A stretch of 12,894 nt of DNA, from positions 1 to 12,894 of the forward strand of contig PSLI01000047.1 of assembly GCA_040289515.1 (NCBI GenBank), read 5' to 3'. Shown here piece after piece: positions 1-6,694 of the stretch (its first letter is position 1; each line of letters opens with the position of its first letter). The notes beneath the pieces were generated by a model. The model was not told the DNA's origin, did not search any database, and saw nothing but the letters and a program-made list of their open reading frames with translations. The stretch comes from Candidatus Sysuimicrobiota bacterium. Lineage in GTDB: Bacteria; Sysuimicrobiota; Sysuimicrobiia; Sysuimicrobiales; Sysuimicrobiaceae. A program made the translations under genes and the position numbers.

Positions 1-1
1 T

Positions 2-94
2 GTCGCCCACATAGAACACGACCGCCGTGGTGACCGCGACCGCCGAGACCAGGAGGCCAAGGACGGCGATGATGCGCGCTTGCGCCGGTGTCAC
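2..94 (-). CDS. 5' end of a hypothetical membrane-anchored or secreted protein (runs off the left edge)
   Basis: GTG at 94-92 with GGGAG 6 nt upstream (101-105). The open frame MTPAQARIIAVLGLLVSAVAVTTAVVFYVGD has a basic residue followed by a ~20-residue hydrophobic segment. It is absent from the ORF track because it is truncated. Confidence 0.65.
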   Translation of the reverse strand, partial: MTPAQARIIAVLGLLVSAVAVTTAVVFYVGD

Positions 95-146
95 CGCAGG
101 CTCCCAAGAGTGGACCTGCCCAGCTTACGCCAGGCGGTCTTCGTGA

Positions 147-157
147 ATGGTATCACA
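147..157 (-). promoter_or_regulatory. Putative extended -10 promoter (TGTGaTACCAT) for the gene starting at 94
   Basis: Minus strand reads TGTG-A-TACCAT, matching TRTG-n-TAnnnT, about 50 nt upstream of the GTG. No recognisable -35 element. Confidence 0.4.
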
Positions 158-248
158 GCCGTCGCGGCCGTATGGGGAGGCGACGCATGAGCGCGACTGG
201 GGAGTATGGCCTCTTAGGGATAAGGGTCCACGCGATCAGGCGCCCACG

Positions 249-2090
249 CTACTCCACGGTCACCGTTTTGGCCAGGTTGCGCGGCTGGTCTACGTCCTTG
301 CCCAGCCAGACGGCGAGCTCGTAGGCGAGGAGCTGGAGCGGCACCACCGTGACCAAGGGTAGGAGCAGCGTCGGCACGTCCGCTGGCACGGTGAGCACGT
401 GCTCTGCCACGGCAGCCAGTCGCTCGTCCCCCTCGCTGCCCACGACCACCACGAACCCATCCCGCGCGCGCACCTCTTGGATGCTGTTGACCATCTTCTC
501 GAACAGGCCATCACGCGGCGCCAGGGCGACCGTAGGCATGTCCCGGTCGATAAGCGCCAGCGGACCGTGTTTGAGCTTGCCAGCCGGGTAGCCCTCGGCA
601 TGGATATAAGACAGCTCCTTGAGCTTGAGCGCCCCTTCCAAGGCAACCGGAAATTGCAGGCCGCGGCCCAAAAACAACGCCGAGTGCGTATGCGCCAACC
701 GGCGCGCGATCTCTTTGACCGGGCCGGGACGGGCTACGGTTCGCCCTACCAGGTCGGGTACGCGGGCAAGGTCGGCGAGCAAGCCGCCCAGGCGTTCCTC
801 GTCCACGGCACCGCGGGCCTCGGCCAGCCAGCAAGCGAACAGATACAGCACGCTCACCGAAGCCACGAAGGTCTTGGTGGAAGCAACGCTGCGTTCCGGG
901 CCGCAGAAGGTGTACAGCACACCGTCGGCGATGCGGGTGGAGGCGGCGCCCGGTGTGTTGCACACGGTGAGCACGGTGGCACCCCGCCGTTTGGCCTCGG
1001 CCATCGCCTCCAGCGTATCGGCGGTCTCACCGGACTGGGCCACGGAGATCACGAGTGTATCCGCATCGAGCACAGGGTCGCTGTAGCGGAACTCGGAGGA
1101 GTCCTCGGCGAGGGCGGGGAGGCGGGCGATACGCTCCAGGTACAGGCGGCCGAGCATCGCCGCGTGCTCAGAGGTACCCATTCCCACCAGCACGACACGC
1201 CGAAAGGCGGCCGCCCGTGCCGGTGTGAGCGGCGCCTCTAACCGCACGCGGGGCGGCATGAGCGAGAGGTAGGGGCGGATGGTGGCGAGCAGGGCGTCCG
1301 GCTGCTCGTGCACCTCCTTCTCTAGAAAGTGGCGGTAATTGCCTTTCTGGGCCTGCCACTCGTCATACGGCACGGTCTGTGGCGTCTTGCTCACCGGGGT
1401 ACCGGTGGCATCCACGTAGCGGGCGCCGGTCTGATCGAGGCGGACGAACTCCCGGTCGTGGAGAAAGGCTACCCGGCGGGTGTGTGGCAAGAGGGCGATA
1501 AGGTCGGAGGCGAGCAGCATTTCGCCCTCGCCGTAACCCACCACGATGCCGCCGGCGTTGCCTAACCGCGCGGCCACCAGCACGCGTGGCTCACTGCGTG
1601 CCATGGCCACGATGGCGTTTGCCCCGCGCAATTCGGCGGCGGCCAGGCGCAGGGCGGTGAACAGGTCGGCCTCGGCACGCCGATGCTCCTCCAACAGATG
1701 GGCGATCACCTCGGTATCGGTCTCGGAGACGAAGCGGTGACCGGTGGCCAGCAGGCGCGCGCGCAGCTCGGCGAAGTTCTCCACGATGCCGTTGTGGATC
1801 ACGACCACATCGCCGTGGCAGTCGCGGTGGGGGTGGGCATTGGTATCGGTCACCGCGCCGTGCGTGGCCCAGCGGGTGTGGCCGATCCCCACCGTGCCCG
1901 GCAGCGGGTCCTGTTCCAACAGCTCCCGCAGCCGCGACAGCTTGCCCGCGGCCTTGCGCACCCGCACGGTGCCGTCGTGGGCCACCGCCACCCCCGCGGA
2001 GTCGTAACCCCGGTACTCCAGCCGGCTCAGCCCGTCCAGCAGGATGGGGGCGGCGGACCGACCGCCGATGTAGCCCATGATGCCGCACAT
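249..2090 (-). CDS. glmS: Glutamine--fructose-6-phosphate transaminase (isomerizing)
   Basis: 613 aa. N-terminal nucleophile MCGI, LEYRGYDSAG, GHTRWATHG, HNGIVEN, SIS-domain QSGETADT, VASTK, EGALKLKELSYIHAE, KHGP and C-terminal PRNLAKTVTVE. RBS GAGGAG upstream of the ATG. Confidence 0.99.
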   Translation of the reverse strand: MCGIMGYIGGRSAAPILLDGLSRLEYRGYDSAGVAVAHDGTVRVRKAAGKLSRLRELLEQDPLPGTVGIGHTRWATHGAVTDTNAHPHRDCHGDVVVIHNGIVENFAELRARLLATGHRFVSETDTEVIAHLLEEHRRAEADLFTALRLAAAELRGANAIVAMARSEPRVLVAARLGNAGGIVVGYGEGEMLLASDLIALLPHTRRVAFLHDREFVRLDQTGARYVDATGTPVSKTPQTVPYDEWQAQKGNYRHFLEKEVHEQPDALLATIRPYLSLMPPRVRLEAPLTPARAAAFRRVVLVGMGTSEHAAMLGRLYLERIARLPALAEDSSEFRYSDPVLDADTLVISVAQSGETADTLEAMAEAKRRGATVLTVCNTPGAASTRIADGVLYTFCGPERSVASTKTFVASVSVLYLFACWLAEARGAVDEERLGGLLADLARVPDLVGRTVARPGPVKEIARRLAHTHSALFLGRGLQFPVALEGALKLKELSYIHAEGYPAGKLKHGPLALIDRDMPTVALAPRDGLFEKMVNSIQEVRARDGFVVVVGSEGDERLAAVAEHVLTVPADVPTLLLPLVTVVPLQLLAYELAVWLGKDVDQPRNLAKTVTVE

Positions 2091-2143
2091 CTCTGTCTCC
2101 TCAGGCCCGGACGTCGGGCGGACCTCCGGTGTGACCGGCCGGG

Positions 2144-3271
2144 CTAGCCTGCGGCCGCCGGCTCTGCCTCGCGCGTCAGCACGAACTCCTTCTCCAGTGC
2201 CTCCAGACGCGCCACGATACCCCCGTACTCCAGCTCCGACATGGGCAGCATGGCCGGCCCGAAGAATCCCTGCCGGCGCATCTCCATGGCCTTGCTGGCC
2301 GCGTGCAGACGCACCTGGGCCCAGAAGGGGTCCGCGAACAGGTCCGTGGGCTCCGTGAAACGGCCTTCGTGTACGGAGAAGGCCAGCCCCGACACCATGG
2401 GCACGCAGAAGAAGGTGCTGGCCGGGGTGTTGATGGGCACCGGCATCAGGGGCAGGTTGTGGCTCCCCCGAGTGTCCCCGGCCACAAAGGGCGCCAGGGC
2501 GAAGGGAGGCCCGAACTCCTCCGTGGCGGGGAAGATCTTCTGTACCCGCACCACGGCCACGGGGTCGTCCTTGCCCACGTACCGTCCCGCGATGTTGCGC
2601 AGCCGGGTGGTGGACACGGCCGCCGCCTGCTCGTGGGGGTACTTGCGGGACCAGATGGACTCGATCACGTACCGGTGCGTGTCCCGCAGCAGCGCCGCGA
2701 TGTCGTACAGGCGCTCGGGTGCATCGAGGGTGATGAACCGGTCGCCCTCCGTGTAGTCCACGTCCATGATGCGGAACCGGAACCCCTGGTGCAGGTCCGG
2801 CGACAGGAGCAGCCCCGAGGAGTACATGGGGTCTGCGAAGGCCAGATAAAGGGGCAGGTTGAAGGCCCCCGGCTCCGTCTTGTCCGCGGCGAACACCACC
2901 ACCGCCTCGTTGGGCCGCTCCTCGAACTCCATCTCCGCCGCCGCGGGCCCCAGGCCCCGCACGTTGCCGGAGAAGGCATCCTTCAACAGGTCCTGGCCCG
3001 CCCCGTACAGCCCCTGTTGCCAGGCCACCTCAGCGCCCGCTCGGAACGCCTCCCACGCCAGGGCGTGCACCTCCGGGTGGCCCACCCCGTGACGGTGGGA
3101 CAGGATGAGGCACACGTCGTCCCCGGTGTGGGCCACGTAGGCGTCCTCCAGGAGCTTACCGCGCTGCGCGAAAACCCGGTCCCGCACCGCCTCCAGGACC
3201 CGCTGGCTGGGCTGGGTGTGCCCGCCCACGCTCCCAATGTCCGCCTTGATGACGCTCAGGGTGGTTCGCAT
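2144..3271 (-). CDS. fbp: Bifunctional fructose-1,6-bisphosphate aldolase/phosphatase (class V FBPase)
   Basis: 375 aa from ATG 3271, preceded by a strong RBS (GAGAGGAGGGG). Family motifs KADIGSVGGH, HTGDD, GLYGAGQDLLKDAFSGNVRG, DKTEPGAFN, RLRNIAGRYVGKDDP (Schiff-base Lys and catalytic Tyr) and RGSH. The ORF-track start at 3325 is an upstream extension. Confidence 0.97.
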   Translation of the reverse strand: MRTTLSVIKADIGSVGGHTQPSQRVLEAVRDRVFAQRGKLLEDAYVAHTGDDVCLILSHRHGVGHPEVHALAWEAFRAGAEVAWQQGLYGAGQDLLKDAFSGNVRGLGPAAAEMEFEERPNEAVVVFAADKTEPGAFNLPLYLAFADPMYSSGLLLSPDLHQGFRFRIMDVDYTEGDRFITLDAPERLYDIAALLRDTHRYVIESIWSRKYPHEQAAAVSTTRLRNIAGRYVGKDDPVAVVRVQKIFPATEEFGPPFALAPFVAGDTRGSHNLPLMPVPINTPASTFFCVPMVSGLAFSVHEGRFTEPTDLFADPFWAQVRLHAASKAMEMRRQGFFGPAMLPMSELEYGGIVARLEALEKEFVLTREAEPAAAG

Positions 3272-3303
3272 GCTCGCTCCCCTCCTCTCACACCTTAAGA
3301 TGA

Positions 3304-3336
3304 CCTCCGGCCCCACGGACACCACGTGGGCCGAGG
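3304..3336 (-). other. GC-rich stem-loop in the fbp 5' leader
   Basis: Minus strand CCTCGGCCCACG-TGGTGTC-CGTGGGGCCGGAGG gives about 12 bp with two bulged G and a 7-nt loop. No U-tract follows. Confidence 0.5.
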
Positions 3337-3414
3337 ACGTTCGAAGTTATCCACTGAGCGGGACCCGCCGCGCAAAGGTGGGACGCCTGGCGCGACAGTC
3401 AGCGTGGCGTTCAA

Positions 3415-3605
3415 AACCGGCCGGCAGCCTTTTGTCCCGAGGTCGCCCCCAAGGCTTTGTCAGCTGCCTTTTGCGTACCGGATGGGTTTCCGGAGGCCCG
3501 CCGGTCAGCCTGAGGTCACCCGCCGAGCAGGAGGTTTTTCGCCTCCCGTCGAGATCCCTCACCTCGTCAGCCCGCGGCCCAACCGCCGCCACGGGCCCTG
3601 GCGCT
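3415..3605 (-). ncRNA. glmS ribozyme (GlcN6P-activated self-cleaving riboswitch, Rfam RF00234 family)
   Basis: Minus strand elements: cleavage motif A^GCGCC (3605/3604). P1 GCCCGUGGC/GCCGCGGGC (3596-3588/3578-3570). Conserved GACGAGG (3568-3562). P2 UGAGG/CCUCA (3561-3557/3515-3511). P2.1 CGAG/CUCG. P2.2 strand UCGGCGGGUG (3526-3517). P3 GGCU/GGCC, whose loop GACCGGC (3506-3500) pairs with 3' GCCGGUU (3421-3415) as the P3.1 pseudoknot. P4 GGCAGCU/GGCUGCC with A-rich internal loop ACAAAG/ACAAAA. P4.1 capped by a GCGA GNRA tetraloop. Confidence 0.95.
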
Positions 3606-3654
3606 CAAACCCAGGTGGTCCCCTCCCACCTCCTTCCCCGCAGCTCTGCCTTGT

Positions 3655-3683
3655 TGTGTACCACCTCGGGCTGGATCCCGCAA
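3655..3683 (-). promoter_or_regulatory. Putative sigma70/sigmaA promoter for the ribozyme-fbp-glmS transcript
   Basis: TTGCGG (-35, 3683-3678), 17-nt spacer ending in TGG, then TACACA (-10, 3660-3655, extended TG). The final T of the -10 consensus is missing. It would start transcription about 45 nt 5' of the cleavage site. Confidence 0.45.
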
Positions 3684-3762
3684 CCGACCAGCTGGTAATT
3701 TCCCACCCTCCGAACGACGCGCCGCACGGACCACAGGTGCCCGCCCGCGGTGCCGGCTAGGT

Positions 3763-4137
3763 CTAGCGCCCGACGCCAGCCTGCCATACCCCCACCGCCA
3801 CCAGCCCCAGGACCACCGCCAACAGGTTCACCAGCAGGTCCTCCAGCTGCGCGGCCCGGTAGGGCAAACACCGCTGCACGCCCTCCAGCAGCAGCCCGTA
3901 CAGCCACGCAAGCACCGCAGCGCGGGCCGGCGGCAGCCTCTGCGCCAGGAGCACCGTGAGCCCCGAGAAACCCACCAGGTGGTAGCCGGGACCGCCGGGC
4001 TGCAAGCCGTGAGGCCCCAGGGGCGGCAGCACCCCACCCACCGCGGTGGCCAGCATCCATGCTCCCGTCACCAGGCGCCAGCGGTCCTGCCTCCCGGAAG
4101 GCCCCGCATGCCGCGGCCTGCGCCACCCGCGGGTCAC
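3763..4137 (-). CDS. VanZ-like family small membrane protein
   Basis: 3' part of ORF 3763..4905. Hydrophobic helices with YHLVGFSGL and LEGVQRCLPYRAAQLEDLLVN (E-x-x-Q-x-x-x-P-x-R...D...N pattern of VanZ-like proteins). GTG overlaps the glmM stop (GTGA). An alternative ATG at 4056 has a GGGAG RBS, so the start is uncertain. Confidence 0.75.
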   Translation of the reverse strand: MTRGWRRPRHAGPSGRQDRWRLVTGAWMLATAVGGVLPPLGPHGLQPGGPGYHLVGFSGLTVLLAQRLPPARAAVLAWLYGLLLEGVQRCLPYRAAQLEDLLVNLLAVVLGLVAVGVWQAGVGR

Positions 4138-5495
4138 AAGCGGCAGTTCTCCCGCAGGAACTCCGCGAGCTCTTCCGCCGCGCGGCGTGCGAACTCTGGG
4201 TCCTCGTGTTCCACCATCACCCGTACCACGGGCTCGGTCCCGGAGGCGCGTACCAGGACGCGACCACGGGCTCCCAGGGCCCGCCGTGCGGCCTCCACCC
4301 GTGCTTGAACTTCCGGATCCTGCAATCGCACGCCAGCTGCGGGACCCGCGGGCACGTTCACCAGCACCTGCGGGTAGCGGGGGATCCCCACCACCAGCTG
4401 GGACAGGGGGCGGCAAGACTCCTGCATCACCCGCACCAGCTGCAAAGCCGTGAGGAGGCCGTCGCCCGTGGTGGCCAGGCGTCGGAAGATCACGTGCCCG
4501 CTCTGCTCCCCACCCAGCACCGCGCCCAGCTCTTCCATGCGTTCCAGCACGTACCGGTCTCCCACCGGCGTGCGTTCCAGCTGGATCCCCTCCGCCTGCA
4601 GGGTCAGCTCCACCCCGAGGTTGGTCATGACGGTGGCCACCACCACGGGCGGGTCCAGCTGCCCGCACGCCCGCAGGTGCCGCGCGCACGCCGCCAGGAT
4701 CAGGTCCCCGTCCACCACCGCACCGGTTTCGTCCACGGCCACCACGCGGTCCGCGTCGCCGTCGTGGGCGAAGCCCACGTGCGCCCGGTGCTCCACCACG
4801 GCCCGCTGCAGGATCGAGGGGTGGGTAGACCCGCAGCCCACGTTGATGCGGGAGCCGTCCGGCTGCGCGTGCAGGGCCACCACGTGGGCCCCCACAACGT
4901 CCCACAGCCGCGGAGCCAGCCGGTACGCGGCCCCGAAGGCGCAGTCCACCACGACCCGCAGCCCTCTGGCTTCCGGCGCGTGGCGCAGCAGGTAATGCAG
5001 GTAACGGTCCTCCGCGTGGGGGAAGTCCTCCGCCAGCCCCACCTCCAGACCCACCGGGCGCGGGATGCTCTGCGCGAGGGCTGCCTCGATCCGGTCCTCC
5101 AGCTCATCCGGGAGCTTCCGGCCGTCCGGGCCGAAGAACTTGATGCCGTTGTCCTCGATGGGGTTGTGGGATGCCGACACCACCACACCGGCCCGCGCGC
5201 TCACCTGGCGGACGAGGTACGCCACCGCGGGGGTCGGCAGCACGCCCGCCCGCAGCACCCGGGCGCCCCCGGAACACAGGCCGGCCACCAGGGCCGCCTC
5301 CAGCATGGGACCGGACAGGCGGGTGTCACGCCCCAGCAGGAACGTGCCACGACCCAGAACCTCCGCCGCGGCCCGGCCCACGGCCAGTGCCAGCTCCGGC
5401 GTTAGCGTGTCGTTGGCCACCCCGCGGATGCCGTCCGTGCCAAACAACCGCTGCGGCCCGTTGTGGCCTGCCCCGCGAAATCCTGGAGCCTGCAC
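4134..5495 (-). CDS. glmM: Phosphoglucosamine mutase
   Basis: RLFGTDGIRG, phosphoserine loop SASHNP, metal loop DGDADR, GGEQSGH and RASGTEP. GGGGAGG RBS (5507-5501) directly after the cdaR stop, before GTG GTG (start 5498 or 5495). Gives about 453 aa. Confidence 0.97.
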   Translation of the reverse strand: MQAPGFRGAGHNGPQRLFGTDGIRGVANDTLTPELALAVGRAAAEVLGRGTFLLGRDTRLSGPMLEAALVAGLCSGGARVLRAGVLPTPAVAYLVRQVSARAGVVVSASHNPIEDNGIKFFGPDGRKLPDELEDRIEAALAQSIPRPVGLEVGLAEDFPHAEDRYLHYLLRHAPEARGLRVVVDCAFGAAYRLAPRLWDVVGAHVVALHAQPDGSRINVGCGSTHPSILQRAVVEHRAHVGFAHDGDADRVVAVDETGAVVDGDLILAACARHLRACGQLDPPVVVATVMTNLGVELTLQAEGIQLERTPVGDRYVLERMEELGAVLGGEQSGHVIFRRLATTGDGLLTALQLVRVMQESCRPLSQLVVGIPRYPQVLVNVPAGPAAGVRLQDPEVQARVEAARRALGARGRVLVRASGTEPVVRVMVEHEDPEFARRAAEELAEFLRENCRL

Positions 5496-5506
5496 CACGT
5501 CCTCCC

Positions 5507-6685
5507 CTACCGGCGGGCGGTGTGCACGGTAACCTCGGGCGGGTCTACCCACGCCACCACGATCCCTTCGGGGGGCCTCACCCGCACCGAGACCCGCGCG
5601 CTGCCGGCCGCGGGCGGGGTCACGAACGCCTGCACTTGATCGGGCTGCAGGCGCTCCACCGCCTCCTTCGGCCCCACGATGGCCACCCGCACCACGGCGG
5701 GATCTACCGTGGCCTGTACACCCGGTTCCGCTCGCACCGACACCTGCACCTCCACCTCCCGCGAGATGGGAGTGGGCAGCACCGCCACCCGCACCGACAC
5801 GGAGGCACCTCCGTCCACCTGCACCCGCGGAGGGACCCGCAGCCGCACGATGCGTCGGACCTCTCCCTCCACCGCGCTCACGTCCACGGGCTCCGTGAGG
5901 AGCACCGACAAATTCGCCACCGCCCCCTGCGGGCCCCGGACAACCACCGCCGAAGGGGTCGCCTCCAGGAGCGCCACCGACAGGCCCGGAGCGGGCCGAC
6001 CGGTCACCGTGGGTACCACCGGTACGGTGCGCGCCAGCACGCCTTCGGCCACGGGCAAGCTCACCTGCACCTGAGGGGGCTGCGTGGAGATCCCCTGCAG
6101 CTCCGCGCCGTTCTGGTCCTCCACGCGCACCCGGAGGCTCTGCGTGAGGGAGGTGCGCAGCCCCGTCACATCCAGCGCCACCCACGCCCGCTGCACCTGC
6201 TGCACCAGGGAGCGCGGACCCTGTACGGTCACGCGGGCCGGCTGCACCGTGGGGGGCCCCAACACCGTGCCGGGAGCCGGGCGGCCCTGCAGGACCACCT
6301 CCACGGGCACCTGTCGGCGCGCCACCGCGTCCACGCCCACCACCACCTCCTCCGGCTGCACGCCCAGCAGCCGCAGGCCCGGGGGGGTCCGCACGCGGAC
6401 GGGGACGCGGTACTCACCGGGCTCGGTGACCTGCCACAGCTCCACGTACGCCTCCAGGCCGTCGGTGTTCAGCTCCGCCACCGCGGACCGCGGCCCGCGC
6501 ACTCTGGCCTCCACCCGGGAGGGCAAAGAGAGCAGCATCAGTCCCGGACTCAGCCCCCTTGTGCGCAGCTCCAGGACGACCGTGCGCTCCACCTGCGGGT
6601 TGCGGTTCGCGGCCACCATGTACCACAGGGCCACCGCCACCGCCAGGGACAGCACCCGGTACAGGTTACGCTCCGCCCGGCTCAC
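5507..6685 (-). CDS. cdaR: CdaR / YbbR-domain regulator of diadenylate cyclase
   Basis: 392 aa. N-terminal TM segment (VLSLAVAVALWYMV) followed by repeated beta-rich YbbR-like units (V-x-V-x-G-P in VRVRGP-type motifs RVRGP, TVQGP, VVRGP, AIVGP). Canonical position between cdaA and glmM. Confidence 0.92.
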   Translation of the reverse strand: MSRAERNLYRVLSLAVAVALWYMVAANRNPQVERTVVLELRTRGLSPGLMLLSLPSRVEARVRGPRSAVAELNTDGLEAYVELWQVTEPGEYRVPVRVRTPPGLRLLGVQPEEVVVGVDAVARRQVPVEVVLQGRPAPGTVLGPPTVQPARVTVQGPRSLVQQVQRAWVALDVTGLRTSLTQSLRVRVEDQNGAELQGISTQPPQVQVSLPVAEGVLARTVPVVPTVTGRPAPGLSVALLEATPSAVVVRGPQGAVANLSVLLTEPVDVSAVEGEVRRIVRLRVPPRVQVDGGASVSVRVAVLPTPISREVEVQVSVRAEPGVQATVDPAVVRVAIVGPKEAVERLQPDQVQAFVTPPAAGSARVSVRVRPPEGIVVAWVDPPEVTVHTARR

Positions 6686-6694
6686 CGCAGGACC

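Noticed and set aside
185..248. Possible terminator after glmS (TGGACCCTTA-TCCC-TAAGAGGCCA)
   Set aside because: Imperfect stem with no U-tract; not enough to call an intrinsic terminator.
3730..3751. Hairpin ACCGCGGG-CGGGCA-CCTGTGGT after the VanZ-like stop
   Set aside because: Two G-U pairs and no U-tract; could occur by chance in GC-rich sequence.
3216..3760. ORFs across the intergenic region (3216..3698 +, 3326..3760 +, 3347..3592 -)
   Set aside because: No protein-like features; the region is explained by the glmS ribozyme and its leader.
3272..3762. c-di-AMP (ydaO) riboswitch or tRNA near the cyclase operon
   Set aside because: I could not find the corresponding consensus elements; the structured RNA matches the glmS ribozyme instead.
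5496..6185. 683-aa ORF suggesting a long N-terminal extension of GlmM
   Set aside because: The extension overlaps cdaR in another frame, is Gly/Ala/Arg low-complexity, and a strong RBS with GTG starts sits at 5507-5493.
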